From Eledone cirrhosa (Eukaryota): a stretch of 64,000 nucleotides of DNA. Shown here in pieces: positions 1 through 15,000 of this stretch. The stretch lies in assembly GCA_964016885.1 (NCBI GenBank), contig OZ024742.1, positions 347,386,001 through 347,450,000 of the forward strand, given 5' to 3'. A model generated the notes under the pieces. It saw only the letters and a program-made list of their open reading frames with translations, was not told the origin of the DNA and made no database searches. The number at the start of each line of letters is the position of its first letter. Within the stretch, counting starts at the first letter, position 1. The position numbers and the translations under genes are program-made.

Positions 1-3000
1 GTGGTGGAGGTGTTGGCTATGTCAGTGGTGGTGGAGATGTTGGCTGTGGTGGAGGTGTTGGCTATGTCGGTGGTGGTGGAGATGTTGGCTGTGGTGGAGG
101 TGTTGGCTATGTCAGTGGTGGTGGTGGAGATGTTGGCTGTGTTGGAGGTGTTGGCTATGTCAGTGGTGGTGGTGGAGATGTTGGCTGTGGTGGAGGTGTT
201 GGCTATGTCAGTGGTGGTGGTGGAGATGTTGGCTGTGGTGGAGGTGTTGGCTATGTCAGTGGTGGTGGTGGAGATGTTGGCTGTGGTGGAGGTGTTGGCT
301 ATGTCGGTGGTGGTGGAGATGTTGGCTGTGGTGGAGGTGTTGGTTATGTCAGTGGTGGTGGAGATGTTGGCTGTGGTGGAGGTGTTGGCTATGTCAGTGG
401 TGGTGGTGGAGATGTTGGCTGTGGTGGAGGTGTTGGCTATGTCAGTAGTGGTGGAGATGTTGGCTGTGGTGGAGGTGTTGGCTATGTCAGTGGTGGTGGT
501 GGAGATGTTGGCTGTGGTGGAGGTGTTGGCTATGTCGGTGGTGGTGGAGATGTTGGCTGTGGTGGAGGTGTTGGCTATGTCAGTGGTGGTGGTGGAGATG
601 TTGGCTGTGGTGGAGGTGTTGGCTATGTCAGTGGTGGTGGTGGAGATGTTGGCTGTGGTGGAGGTGTTGGCTGTGGTGGTGGTGGTGGAGATGTTGGCTG
701 TGGTGGAGGTGTTGGCTATGTCAGTAGTGGTGGTGGAGATGTTGGCTGTGGTGGAGGTGTTGGCTATGTCAGTAGTGGTGGTGGAGATGTTGGCTGTGGT
801 GGAGGTGTTGGCTATGTCAGTGGTGGTGGTGGAGATGTTGGCTGTGGTGGAGGTGTTGGCTATGTCAGTGGTGGTGGTGGAGATGTTGGCTGTGGTGGAG
901 GTGTTGGCTGTGGTGGTGGTGGTGGAGATGTTGGCTGTGGTGGAGGTGTTGGCTATGTCAGTGGTGGTGGTGGAGATGTTGGCTGTGGTGGAGGTGTTGG
1001 CTGTGGTGGTGGTGGTGGAGATGTTGGCTGTGGTGGAGGTGTTGGCTATGTCAGTAGTGGTGGTGGAGATGTTGGCTGTGGTGGAGGTGTTGGCTATGTC
1101 AGTAGTGGTGGTGGAGATGTTGGCTGTGGTGGAGGTGTTGGCTATGTCAGTGGTGGTGGAGATGTTGGCTGTGGTGGAGGTGTTGGCTATGTCAGTGGTG
1201 GTGGTGGAGATGTTGGCTGTGGTGGAGGTGTTGGCTATGTCAGTGGTGGTGGAGATGTTGGCTGTGGTGGAGGTGTTGGCTATGTCAGTGGTGGTGGTGG
1301 TGGTGGAGATGTTGGCTGTGGAGGAGGTGTTGGCTATGTCAGTGGTGGTGGTGGAGATGTTGGCTGTGGTGGAGGTGTTAGCTATGTCAGTGGTGGTGGT
1401 GGAGATGTTGGCTGTGGTGGAGGTGTTGGCTATGTCAGTGGTGGTGGAGATGTTGGCTGTGGTGGAGGTGTTGGCTATGTCAGTGGTGGTGGTGGTGGTG
1501 GAGATGTTGGCTGTGGAGGAGGTGTTGGCTATGTCAGTGGTGGTGGTGGAGATGTTGGCTGTGGTGGAGGTGTTAGCTATGTCAATGGTGGTGGAGATGT
1601 TGGCTGTGGTGGAGGTGTTGGCTATGTCACTGGTGGTGGTGGAGATGTTGGCTGTGGTGGAGGTGTTGGCTATGTCAGTGGTGGTGGTGGAGATGTTGGC
1701 TGTGGTGGAGGTGTTGGCTATGTCAGTGGTGGTGGAGATGTTGGCTGTGGTGGAGGTGTTGGCTATGTCAGTGGTGGTGGTGGAGATGTTGGCTGTGGTG
1801 AAGGTGTTGGCTATGTCAGTGGTGATGGTGGAGATGTTGGCTGTGGTGGAGGTGTTGGCTATGTCAGTGGTGGTGGTGGAGATGTTGGCTGTGGTGGAGG
1901 TGTTGGCTATGTCAGTGGTGGTGGAGATGTTGGCTGTGGTGGAGGTGTTGGCTATGTCAGTGGTGGTGGTGGAGATGTTGGCTGTGGTGGAGGTGTTGGC
2001 TATGTCAGTGGTGGTGGTGGTGATGTTGGCTGTGGTGGAGGTGTTGGCTATGTCAGTGGTGGTGGTGGAGATGTTGGCTGTGGTGGAGGTGTTGGCTATG
2101 TCAGTGGTGGTGGTGGAGATGTTGGCTATATCAGTGATGGTGGAGATGTTGGCTGTGGTGGAGGTGTTGGCTATGTCAGTGGTGGTGGTGGTGGAGATGT
2201 TGGCTGTGGTGGAGGTGTTGGCTATGTCAGTGGTGGTGGTGGAGATGTTGGCTGTGGTGGAGGTGTTGGCTATGTCAGTGGTGGTGGTGGAGATGTTGGC
2301 TGTGGTGGAGGTGTTGGCTATGTCAGTGGTGGTGGTGGAGATGTTGGCTGTGGTGGAGGTGTTGGCTATGTCAGTGGTGGTGGAGATGTTGGCTGTGGTG
2401 GAGGTGTTGGCTATGTCAGTGGTGATGGAGATGTTGGCTGTGGTGGAGGTGTTGGCTATGTCAGTGGTGGTGGTGGAGATGTTGGCTGTGGTGGAGGTGT
2501 TGGCTATGTCAGTGGTGGTGGTGGAGATGTTGGCTGTGGTGGAGGTGTTGGCTATGTCAGTGGTGGTGGTGGAGATGTTGGCTGTGGTGGAGGTGTTGGC
2601 TATGTCAGTGGTGGTGGAGATGTTGGCTGTGGTGGAGGTGTTGGCTATGTCAGTGGTGATGGAGATGTTGGCTGTGGTGGAGGTGTTGGCTATGTCAGTG
2701 GTGGTGGTGGTGGAGATGTTGGCTGTGGTGGAGGTGTTGGCTATGTCAGTGGTGGTGGTGGAGATGTTGGCTGTGGTGGAGGTGTTGGCTATGTCAGTGG
2801 TGGTGGTGGAGATGTTGGCTGTGGTGGAGGTGTTGGCTATGTCAGTGGTGGTGGTGGAGATGTTGGCTGTGGTGGAGGTGTTGGCTATGTCAGTGGTGGT
2901 GGTGGAGATGTTGGCTGTGGTGGAGGTGTTGGCTATGTCAGTGGTGATGGAGATGTTGGCTGTGGTGGAGGTGTTGGCTATGTCAGTGGTGGTGGTGGAG

Positions 3001-6000
3001 ATGTTGGCTGTGGTGGAGGTGTTGGCTATCTCAGTGGTGGTGGTGGAGATGTTGGCTGTGGTGGAGGTGTTGGCTATGTCAGTGGTGGTGGAGATGTTGG
3101 CTGTGGTGGAGGTGTTGGCTATGTCAGTAGTGGTGGTGGAGATGTTGGCTGTGGTGGAGGTGTTGGCTATCTCAGTGGTGGTGGTGGAGATGTTGGCTGT
3201 GGTGGAGGTGTTGGCTATGTCAGTGGTGGTGGTGGAGATGTTGGCTGTAGTGGAGGTGTTGGCTATGTCAGTGGTGGTGGAGATGTTGGCTGTGGTGGAG
3301 GTGTTGGCTATGTCAGTGGTGTTGGTGGAGATGTTGGCTGTGGTGGAGGTGTTGGCTATGTCAGTAGTGGTGGTGGAGATGTTGGCTGTGGTGGAGGTGT
3401 TGGCTATGTCAGTGGTGGTGGTGGAGATGTTGGCTGTGTTGGAGGTGTTGGCTATGTCAGTGGTGGTGGTGGAGATGTTGGCTGTGGTGGAGGTGTTGGC
3501 TATGTCAGTGGTGGTGGTGGAGATGTTGGCTGTGGTGGAGGTGTTGGCTATGTCAGTGGTGGTGGTGGAGATGTTGGCTGTGGTGGTGGTGTTGGCTATG
3601 TCAGTGGTGGTGGTGGAGATGTTGGCTGTGGTGGAGGTGTTGGCTATGTCAGTGGTGGTGGGGATGTTGGCTGTGGTGGAGGTGTTGGCTATGTCAGTAG
3701 TGGTGGAGATGTTGGCTGTGGTGGAGGTGTTGGCTATGTCAGTGGTGGTGGAGATGTTGGCTGTGGTGGAGGTGTTGGCTATGTCAGTGGTGGTGGTGGA
3801 GATGTTGGCTGTGGTGGAGGTGTTGGCTATGTCAGTGGTGGTGGTGGAGATGTTGGCTGTGGTGGAGGTGTTGGCTATGTCAGTGGTGGTGGAGATGTTG
3901 GCTGTGGTGGAGGTGTTGGCTATGTCAGTGGTGGTGGAGATGTTGGCTGTGGTGGAGGTGTTGGCTACGTCAGTGGTGGTGGTGGAGATGTTGGCTGTGG
4001 TGGAGGTGTTGGCTATGTCAGTGGTGGTGGTGGTGGAGATGTTGGCTGTGGTGAAGGTGTTGGCTATGTCAGTAGTAGTGGTGGAGATGTTGGCTGTGGT
4101 GGAGGTGTTGGCTATGTCAGTGGTGGTGGAGATGTTGGCTGTGGTGGAGGTGTTGGCTATGTCAGTGGTGGTGGTGGAGATGTTGGCTGTGGTGGAGGTG
4201 TTGGCTATGTCAGTGGTGGTGGTGGAGATGTTGGCTGTGGTGGAGGTGTTGGCTATGTCAGTGGTGGTGGTGGAGATGTTGGCTGTGGTGGAGGTGTTGG
4301 CTATGTCAGTGGTGGTGGAGATGTTGGCTGTGGTGGAGGTGTTGGCTATGTCAGTGGTGGTGGAGATGTTGGCTGTGGTGGAGGTGTTGGCTATGTCGGT
4401 GGTGGTGGTGGAGATGTTGGCTGTGGTGGAGGTGTTGGCTATGTCAGTGGTGGTGGAGATGTTGGCTGTGGTGGAGGTGTTGGCTATGTCAGTGGTGGTG
4501 GTGGTGGAGATGTTGGCTGTGGTGGAGGTGTTGGCTATGTCAGTGGTGGTGGAGATGTTGGCTGTGGTGGAGGTGTTGGCTATGTCAGTGGTGGTGGAGA
4601 TGTTGGCTGTGGAGGAGGTGTTGGCTATGTCAGTGGTGGTGGTGGAGATGTTGGCTGTGGTGGAGGTGTTGGCTATGTCAGTAGTGGTGGTGGAGATGTT
4701 GGCTGTGGTGGAGGTGTTGGCTATGTCAGTGGTGGTGGTGGTGGAGATGTTGGCTGTTGTGGAGGTGTTGGCTATGTCAGTAGTGGTGGAGATGTTGGCT
4801 GTGGTGGAGGTGTTGGCTATGTCAGTGGTGGTGGAGATGTTGGCTGTGGTGGAGGTGTTGGCTATGTCAGTGGTGGTGGTGGAGATGTTGGCTGTGGTGG
4901 AGATGTTGGCTATGTCAGTGGTGGTGGTCGAGATGGTGGCTGTGGTGGAGGTGTTGGCTATGTCAGTGGTGGTGGTGGTGGAGATGTTGGCTGTTGTGGA
5001 GGTGTTGGCTATGTCAGTAGTGGTGGAGATGTTGGCTGTGGTGGAGGTGTTGGCTATGTCAGTGGTGGTGGTGGAGATGTTGGCTGTGGTGGAGATGTTG
5101 GCTATGTCAGTGGTGGTGGTCGAGATGGTGGCTGTGGTGGAGGTGTTGGCTATGTCAGTGGTGGTGGTGGTGGAGATGTTGGCTGTTGTGGAGGTGTTGG
5201 CTATGTCAGTAGTGGTGGAGATGTTGGCTGTGGTGGAGGTGTTGGCTATATCAGTAGTGGTGGTGGAGATGTTGGCTGTGGTGGAGGTGTTGGCTATGTC
5301 AGTAGTGGTGGAGATGTTGGCTGTGGTGGAGGTGTTGGCTATATCAGTGGTGGTGGTGGAGATGTTGGCTGTGGTGGAGGTGTTGGCTATGTCAGTGGTG
5401 GTGGTGGAGATGTTGGCTGTGGTGGAGGTGTTGGCTATGTCAGTGGTGGTGGTGATGTTGGCTGTGGTGGAGGTGTTGGCTATGTCAGTGGTGGTGGTGG
5501 TGGAGATGTTGGCTGTGGTGGAGGTGTTGGCTATGTCAGTGGTGGTGGTGGAGATGTTGGCTGTGGTGGAGGTGTTGGCTATGTCAGTGGTGGTGGTGGA
5601 GATGTTGGCTGTGGTGGAGGTGTTGGCTATGTCAGTGGTGGTGGTGGAGTTGTTGGCTGTGGTGGAGGTGTTGGCTATGTCAGTAGTCGTGGTGGAGATG
5701 TTGGCTGTGGTGGAGGTGTTGGCTATGTCGGTGGTGGTGGTGGAGATGTTGGCTGTGGTGGAGGTGTAGGCTATGTCAGTGGTGGTGGTGGAGATGTTGG
5801 CTGTGGTGGAGGTGTTGGCTATGTCAGTGATGGTGGTGGAGATGTTGGCTGTGGTGGAGGTGTTGGCTATGTCAGTGGTGGTGGTGGAGATGTTGGCTGT
5901 GGTGGAGGTGTTGGCTATGTCAGTGGTGGTGGAGATGTTGGCTGTGGTGGAGGTGTTGGCTATGTCAGTGGTGGTGGTGGAGATGTTGGCTGTGGTGGAG

Positions 6001-9000
6001 GTGTTGGCTATGTCAGTGGTGGTGGTGGAGATGTTGGCTGTGGTGGAGGTGTTGGCTATGTCAGTGGTGGTGGTGATGTTGGCTGTGGTGGAGGTGTTGG
6101 CTATGTCAGTGGTGGTGGTGGTGGAGATGTTGGCTGTGGTGGAGGTGTTGGCTATGTCAGTGGTGGTGGTGGAGATGTTGGCTGTGGTGGAGGTGTTGGC
6201 TATGTCAGTGGTGGTGGTGGAGATGTTGGCTGTGGTGGAGGTGTTGGCTATGTCAGTGGTGGTGGTGATGTTGGCTGTGGTGGAGGTGTTGGCTATGTCA
6301 GTGGTGGTGGTGGTGGAGATGTTGGCTGTGGTGGAGGTGTTGGCTATGTCAGTGGTGGTGGTGGAGATGTTGGCTGTGGTGGAGGTGTTGGCTATGTCAG
6401 TGGTGGTGGTGGAGATGTTGGCTGTGGTGGAGGTGTTGGCTATGTCAGTGGTGGTGGTAGAGATGTTGGCTGTGGTGGAGGTGTTGGCTATGTCAGTGAT
6501 GGTGGTGGAGATGTTGGCTGTGGTGGAGGTGTTGGCTATGTCAGTGGTGGTGGTGGAGATGTTGGCTGTGGTGGAGGTGTTGGCTATGTCAGTGGTGGTG
6601 GAGATGTTGGCTGTGGTGGAGGTGTTGGCTATGTCAGTGGTGGTGGTGGAGATGTTGGCTGTGGTGGAGGTGTTGGCTATGTCAGTGGTGGTGGTGGAGA
6701 TGTTGGCTGTGGTGGAGGTGTTGGCTATGTCAGTGGTGGTGGTGGAGATGTTGGCTGTGGTGGAGGTGTTGGCTATGTCAGTGGTGGTGGAGATGTTGGC
6801 TGTGGTGGAGGTGTTGGCTATGTCAGTGGTGGTGGAGATGTTGGCTGTGGTGGAGGTGTTGGCTATGTCGGTGGTGGTGGTGGAGATGTTGGCTGTGGTG
6901 GAGGTGTTGGCTATGTCAGTGGTGGTGGAGATGTTGGCTGTGGTGGAGGTGTTGGCTATGTCAGTGGTGGTGGAGATGTTGGCTGTGGTGGAGGTGTTGG
7001 CTATGTCAGTGGTGGTGGTGGAGATGTTGGCTGTGGTGGAGGTGTTGGCTATGTCAGTGGTGGTGGTGGAGATGTTGGCTGTGGTGGAGGTGTTGGCTAT
7101 GTCAGTGGTGGTGGTGGAGATATGGGCTGTGGTGGAGGTGTTGGCTATGTCAGTGGTGGTGGTGGAGATGTTGGCTGTGGTGGAGGTGTTGGCTATGTCA
7201 GTGGTGGTGGTGGAGATGTTGGCTGTAGTGGAGGTGTTGGCTATGTCAGTAGTGGTGGTGGAGATGTTGGCTGTAGTGGAGGTGTTGTCTATGTCAGTAG
7301 TGGTGGTGGAGATGTTGGCTGTGGTGGAGGTGTTGGCTATGTCAGTGGTGGTGGAGATGTTGGCTGTGGTGGAGGTGTTGGCTATGTCAGTGGTGGTGGT
7401 GGAGATGTTGGCTGTGGTGGAGGTGTTGGCTATGTCAGTGGTTGTGGTGGAGATGTTGGCTGTGGTGGAGGTGTTGGCTATGTCAGTGGTGGTGGTGGAG
7501 ATGTTGGCTGTGGTGGAGGTGTTGGCTATGTCAGTGGTGGTGGTGGAGATGTTGGCTGTGGTGGAGGTGTTGGCTAAGTCAGTGGTGGTGGTGGAGATGT
7601 TGGCTGTGGTGGAGGTGTTGGCTATGTCAGTGGTGGTGGAGATGTTGGCTGTGGTGGAGGTGTTGGCTATGTCAGTGGTGGTGGTGGAGATGTTGGCTGT
7701 GGTGGAGGTGTTAACTATGTCAGTGGTGCTGGAGATGTTGGCTGTGGTGGAGGTGTTGGCTATGTCAGTGGTGGTGGTGGAGATGTTGGCTGTGGTGGAG
7801 GTGTTGGCTATGTCAGTGGTGGTGGTGGAGATGTTGGCTGTGGTGGAGATGTTGGCTATGTCAGTGGTGGTGGTGGAGATGTTGGCTGTGGTGGAGATGT
7901 TGGCTATGTCAGTGGTGGTGGTCGAGATGGTGGCTGTGGTGGAGGTGTTGGCTATGTCAGTGGTGGTGGTGGTGGAGATGTTGGCTGTTGTGGAGGTGTT
8001 GGCTATGTCAGTAGTGGTGGAGATGTTGGCTGTGGTGGAGGTGTTGGCTATATCAGTAGTGGTGGTGGAGATGTTGGCTGTGGTGGAGGTGTTGGCTATG
8101 TCAGTAGTGGTGGAGATGTTGGCTGTGGTGGAGGTGTTGGCTATGTCAGTGGTGGTGGTGGAGATGTTGGCTGTGGTGGAGGTGTTGGCTATGTCAGTGG
8201 TGGTGGTGATGTTGGCTGTGGTGGAGGTGTTGGCTATGTCAGTGGTGGTGGTGGTGGAGATGTTGGCTGTTGTGGAGGTGTTGGCTATGTCAGTGGTGGT
8301 GGTGGAGATGTTGGCTGTGGTGGAGGTGTTGGCTATGTCAGTGGTGGTGGTGGAGTTGTTGGCTGTGGTGGAGGTGTTGGCTATGTCAGTGGTGGTGGAG
8401 ATGTTGGCTGTGGTGGAGGTGTTGGCTATGTCAGTGGTGGTGGAGATGTTGGCTGTGGTGGAGGTGTTGGCTATGTCAGTGGTGATGGAGATGTTGGCTG
8501 TGGTGGAGGTGTTGGCTATGTCAGTGGTGGTGGTGGAGATGTTGGCTGTGGTGGAGGTGTTGGCTATGTCAGTGGTGGTGGTGGAGATGTTGGCTGTGCT
8601 GGAGGTGTTGGCTATGTCAGTGATGGTGGTGGAGATGTTGGCTGTGGTGGAGGTGTTGGCTATGTCAGTGGTGGTGGTGGAGATGTTGGCTGTGGTGGAG
8701 GTGTTGGCTATGTCAGTGGTGGTGGAGATGTTGGCTGTGGTGGAGGTGTTGGCTATGTCAGTGGTGGTGGTGGAGATGTTGGCTGTGGTGGAGGTGTTGG
8801 CTATGTCAGTGGTGGTGGTGGAGATGTTGGCTGTGGTGGAGGTGTTGGCTATGTCAGTGGTGGTGGTGGAGATGTTGGCTGTGGTGGAGGTGTTGGCTAT
8901 GTCAGTGGTGGTGGAGATGTTGGCTGTGGTGGAGGTGTTGGCTATGTCAGTGGTGGTGGAGATGTTGGCTGTGGTGGAGGTGTTGGCTATGTCGGTGGTG

Positions 9001-12000
9001 GTGGTGGAGATGTTGGCTGTGGTGGAGGTGTTGGCTATGTCAGTGGTGGTGGAGATGTTGGCTGTGGTGGAGGTGTTGGCTATGTCAGTGGTGGTGGTGG
9101 AGATGTTGGCTGTGGTGGAGGTGTTGGCTATGTCAGTGGTGGTGGTGGAGATGTTGGCTGTGGTGGAGGTGTTGGCTATGTCAGTGGTGGTGGTGGAGAT
9201 GTTGGCTGTGGTGGAGGTGTTGGCTATGTCAGTGGTGGTGGAGATGTTGGCTGTGGTGGAGGTGTTGGCTATGTCAGTGGTGGTGGAGATGTTGGCTGTG
9301 GTGGAGGTGTTGGCTATGTCGGTGGTGGTGGTGGAGATGTTGGCTGTGGTGGAGGTGTTGGCTATGTCAGTGGTGGTGGTGGAGATGTTGGCTGTGCTGG
9401 AGGTGTTGGCTATGTCAGTGATGGTGGTGGAGATGTTGGCTGTGGTGGAGGTGTTGGCTATGTCAGTGGTGGTGGTGGAGATGTTGGCTGTGGTGGAGGT
9501 GTTGGCTATGTCAGTGGTGGTGGAGATGTTGGCTATGGTGGAGGTGTTGGCTATGTCAGTGGTGGTGGTGGAGATGTTGGCTGTGGTGGAGGTGTTGGCT
9601 ATGTCAGTGGTGGTGGTGGAGATGTTGGCTGTGGTGGAGGTGTTGGCTATGTCAGTGGTGGTGGTGGAGATGTTGGCTGTGGTGGAGGTGTTGGCTATGT
9701 CAGTGGTGGTGGAGATGTTGGCTGTGGTGGAGGTGTTGGCTATGTCAGTGGTGGTGGAGATGTTGGCTGTGGTGGAGGTGTTGGCTATGTCGGTGGTGGT
9801 GGTGGAGATGTTGGCTGTGGTGGAGGTGTTGGCTATGTCAGTGGTGGTGGAGATGTTGGCTGTGGTGGAGGTGTTGGCTATGTCAGTGGTGGTGGTGGAG
9901 ATGTTGGCTGTGGTGGAGGTGTTGGCTATGTCAGTGGTGGTGGTGGAGATGTTGGCTGTGGTGGAGGTGTTGGCTATGTCAGTGGTGGTGGTGGAGATGT
10001 TGGCTGTGGTGGAGGTGTTGGCTATGTCAGTGGTGGTGGTGGAGATGTTGGCTGTAGTGGAGGTGTTGGCTATGTCAGTAGTGGTGGTGGAGATGTTGGC
10101 TGTAGTGGAGGTGTTGGCTATGTCAGTAGTGGTGGTGGAGATGTTGGCTGTGGTGGAGGTGTTGGCTATGTCAGTGGTGGTGGAGATGTTGGCTGTGGTG
10201 GAGGTGTTGGCTATGTCAGTGGTGGTGGTGGAGATGTTGGCTGTGGTGGAGGTGTTGGCTATGTCAGTGGTGGTGGTGGAGATGTTGGCTGTGGTGGAGG
10301 TGTTGGCTATGTCAGTAGTGGTGGTGGAGATGTTGGCTGTGGTGGAGGTGTTGGCTATGTCAGTGGTGGTGGAGATGTTGGCTGTGGTGGAGGTGTTGGC
10401 TATATCAGTGGTTGTGGTGGAGATGTTGGCTGTGGTGGAGGTGTTGGCTATGTCAGTGGTGGTGGTGGAGATGTTGGCTGTGGTGGAGGTGTTGGCTATG
10501 TCAGTGGTGGTGGTGGAGATGTTGGCTGTGGTGGAGGTGTTGGCTATGTCAGTGGTGGTGGTGGAGATGTTGGCTGTGGTGGAGGTGTTGGCTATGTCAG
10601 TGGTGGTGGAGATGTTGGCTGTGGTGGAGGTATTGGCTATGTCGGTGGTGGTGGTGGAGATGTTGGCTGTGGTGGAGGTGTTGGCTATGTCAGTGGTGGT
10701 GGAGATGTTGGCTGTGGTGGAGGTGTTGGCTATGTCAGTGGTGGTGGAGATGTTGGCTGTGGTGGAGATGTTGGCTATGTCAGTGGTGGTGGTGGAGATG
10801 TTGGCTGTGGTGGAGGTGTTGGCTATGTCAGTGGTGGTGGTGGAGATGTTGGCTGTGGTGGAGGTGTTGGCTATGTCAGTGGTGGTGGTGGAGATATGGG
10901 CTGTGGTGGAGGTGTTGGCTATGTCAGTGGTGGTGGTGGAGATGTTGGCTGTGGTGGAGGTGTTGGCTATGTCAGTGGTGGTGGTGGAGATGTTGGCTGT
11001 AGTGGAGGTGTTGGCTATGTCAGTAGTGGTGGTGGAGATGTTGGCTGTAGTGGAGGTGTTGGCTATGTCAGTAGTGGTGGTGGAGATGTTGGCTGTGGTG
11101 GAGGTGTTGGCTATGTCAGTGGTGGTGGAGATGTTGGCTGTGGTGGAGGTGTTGGCTATGTCAGTGGTGGTGGTGGAGATGTTGGCTGTGGTGGAGGTGT
11201 TGGCTATGTCAGTGGTTGTGGTGGAGATGTTGGCTGTGGTGGAGGTGTTGGCTATGTCAGTGGTGGTGGTGGAGATGTTGGCTGTGGTGGAGGTGTTGGC
11301 TATGTCAGTAGTGGTGGTGGAGATGTTGGCTGTGGTGGAGGTGTTGGCTATGTCAGTGGTGGTGGAGATGTTGGCTGTGGTGGAGGTGTTGGCTATATCA
11401 GTGGTTGTGGTGGAGATGTTGGCTGTGGTGGAGGTGTTGGCTATGTCAGTGGTGGTGGTGGAGATGTTGGCTGTGGTGGAGGTGTTGGCTATGTCAGTGG
11501 TGGTGGTGGAGATGTTGGCTGTGGTGGAGGTGTTGGCTATGTCAGTGGTGGTGGTGGAGATGTTGGCTGTGGTGGAGGTGTTGGCTATGTCAGTGGTGGT
11601 GGAGATGTTGGCTGTGGTGGAGGTATTGGCTATGTCGGTGGTGGTGGTGGAGATGTTGGCTGTGGTGGAGGTGTTGGCTATGTCAGTGGTGGTGGAGATG
11701 TTGGCTGTGGTGGAGGTGTTGGCTATGTCAGTGGTGGTGGAGATGTTGGCTGTGGTGGAGGTGTTGGCTATGTCAGTGGTGGTGGTGGAGATGTTGGCTG
11801 TGGTGGAGGTGTTGGCTATGTCAGTGGTGGTGGTGGAGATGTTGGCTGTGGTGGAGGTGTTGGCTATGTCAGTGGTGGTGGTGGAGATATGGGCTGTGGT
11901 GGAGGTGTTGGCTATGTCAGTGGTGGTGGTGGAGATGTTGGCTGTAGTGGAGGTGTTGGCTATGTCAGTAGTGGTGGTGGAGATGTTGGCTGTAGTGGAG

Positions 12001-15000
12001 GTGTTGGCTATGTCAGTAGTGGTGGTGGAGATGTTGGCTGTGGTGGAGGTGTTGGCTATGTCAGTGGTGGTGGAGATGTTGGCTGTGGTGGAGGTGTTGG
12101 CTATGTCAGTGGTGGTGGTGGAGATGTTGGCTGTGGTGGAGGTGTTGGCTATGTCAGTGGTGGTGGTGGAGATGTTGGCTGTGGTGGAGGTGTTGGCTAT
12201 GTCAGTGGTGGTGGTGGAGATGTTGGCTTTGGTGGAGGTGTTGGCTATGTCAGTGGTGGTGGTGGAGATGTTGGCTGTGGTGGAGGTGTTGGCTATGTCA
12301 GTGGTGGTGGTGGAGATGTTGGCTGTGGTGGAGGTGTTGGCTATGTCAGTGGTGGTGGAGATGTTGGCTGTGGTGGAGGTGTTGGCTATGTCAGTGGTGG
12401 TGGTGGAGATGTTGGCTGTGGTGGAGGTGTTAACTATGTCAGTGGTGCTGGAGATGTTGGCTGTGGTGGAGGTGTTGGCTATGTCAGTGGTGGTGGTGGA
12501 GATGTTGGCTGTGGTGGAGGTGTTGGCTATGTCAGTGGTGGTGGTGGAGATGTTGGCTGTGGTGGAGATGTTGGCTGTGGTGGAGATGTTGGCTATGTCA
12601 GTGGTGGTGGTGGAGATGTTGGCTGTGGTGGAGATGTTGGCTATGTCAGTGGTGGTGGTCGAGATGGTGGCTGTGGTGGAGGTGTTGGCTATGTCAGTGG
12701 TGGTGGTGGTGGAGATGTTGGCTGTTGTGGAGGTGTTGGCTATGTCAGTAGTGGTGGAGATGTTGGCTGTGGTGGAGGTGTTGGCTATATCAGTAGTGGT
12801 GGTGGAGATGTTGGCTGTGGTGGAGGTGTTGGCTATGTCAGTAGTGGTGGAGATGTTGGCTGTGGTGGAGGTGTTGGCTATGTCAGTGGTGGTGGTGGAG
12901 ATGTTGGCTGTGGTGGAGGTGTTGGCTATGTCAGTGGTGGTGGTGATGTTGGCTGTGGTGGAGGTGTTGGCTATGTCAGTGGTGGTGGTGGTGGAGATGT
13001 TGGCTGTTGTGGAGGTGTTGGCTATGTCAGTGGTGGTGGTGGAGATGTTGGCTGTGGTGGAGGTGTTGGCTATGTCAGTGGTGGTGGTGGAGTTGTTGGC
13101 TGTGGTGGAGGTGTTGGCTATGTCAGTGGTGGTGGAGATGTTGGCTGTGGTGGAGGTGTTGGCTATGTCAGTGGTGGTGGAGATGTTGGCTGTGGTGGAG
13201 GTGTTGGCTATGTCAGTGGTGATGGAGATGTTGGCTGTGGTGGAGGTGTTGGCTATGTCAGTGGTGGTGGTGGAGATGTTGGCTGTGGTGGAGGTGTTGG
13301 CTATGTCGGTGGTGGTGGTGGAGATGTTGGCTGTGGTGGAGGTGTTGGCTATGTCAGTGGTGGTGGTGGAGATGTTGGCTGTGGTGGAGGTGTTGGCTAT
13401 GTCAGTGGTGGTGGAGATGTTGGCTGTGGTGGAGGTGTTGGCTATGTCAGTGGTGGTGGTGGAGATGTTGGCTGTGGTGGAGGTGTTGGCTATGTCAGTG
13501 GTGGTGGTGGAGATGTTGGCTGTGGTGGAGGTGTTGGCTATGTCAGTGGTGGTGGTGGAGATGTTGGCTGTGGTGGAGGTGTTGGCTATGTCAGTGGTGG
13601 TGGTGGAGATGTTGGCTGTGGTGGAGGTGTTGGCTATGTCAGTGGTGGTGGAGATGTTGGCTGTGGTGGAGGTGTTGGCTATGTCAGTGGTGGTGGAGAT
13701 GTTGGCTGTGGTGGAGGTGTTGGCTATGTCGGTGGTGGTGGTGGAGATGTTGGCTGTGGTGGAGGTGTTGGCTATGTCAGTGGTGGTGGTGGAGATGTTG
13801 GCTGTGCTGGAGGTGTTGGCTATGTCAGTGATGGTGGTGGAGATGTTGGCTGTGGTGGAGGTGTTGGCTATGTCAGTGGTGGTGGTGGAGATGTTGGCTG
13901 TGGTGGAGGTGTTGGCTATGTCAGTGGTGGTGGAGATGTTGGCTGTGGTGGAGGTGTTGGCTATGTCAGTGGTGGTGGTGGAGATGTTGGCTGTGGTGGA
14001 GGTGTTGGCTATGTCAGTGGTGGTGGTGGAGATGTTGGCTGTGGTGGAGGTGTTGGCTATGTCAGTGGTGGTGGAGATGTTGGCTGTGGTGGAGGTGTTG
14101 GCTATGTCAGTGGTGGTGGAGATGTTGGCTGTGGTGGAGGTGTTGGCTATGTCGGTGGTGGTGGTGGAGATGTTGGCTGTGGTGGAGGTGTTGGCTATGT
14201 CAGTGGTGGTGGAGATGTTGGCTGTGGTGGAGGTGTTGGCTATGTCAGTGGTGGTGGTGGAGATGTTGGCTGTGGTGGAGGTGTTGGCTATGTCAGTGGT
14301 GGTGGTGGAGATGTTGGCTGTGGTGGAGGTGTTGGCTATGTCAGTGGTGGTGGTGGAGATGTTGGCTGTGGTGGAGGTGTTGGCTATGTCAGTGGTGGTG
14401 GAGATGTTGGCTGTGGTGGAGGTGTTGGCTATGTCAGTGGTGGTGGAGATGTTGGCTGTGGTGGAGGTGTTGGCTATGTCGGTGGTGGTGGTGGAGATGT
14501 TGGCTGTGGTGGAGGTGTTGGCTATGTCAGTGGTGGTGGTGGAGATGTTGGCTGTGCTGGAGGTGTTGGCTATGTCAGTGATGGTGGTGGAGATGTTGGC
14601 TGTGGTGGAGGTGTTGGCTATGTCAGTGGTGGTGGTGGAGATGTTGGCTGTGGTGGAGGTGTTGGCTATGTCAGTGGTGGTGGAGATGTTGGCTGTGGTG
14701 GAGGTGTTGGCTATGTCAGTGGTGGTGGTGGAGATGTTGGCTGTGGTGGAGGTGTTGGCTATGTCAGTGGTGGTGGTGGAGATGTTGGCTGTGGTGGAGG
14801 TGTTGGCTATGTCAGTGGTGGTGGTGGAGATGTTGGCTGTGGTGGAGGTGTTGGCTATGTCAGTGGTGGTGGAGATGTTGGCTGTGGTGGAGGTGTTGGC
14901 TATGTCAGTGGTGGTGGAGATGTTGGCTGTGGTGGAGGTGTTGGCTATGTCGGTGGTGGTGGTGGAGATGTTGGCTGTGGTGGAGGTGTTGGCTATGTCA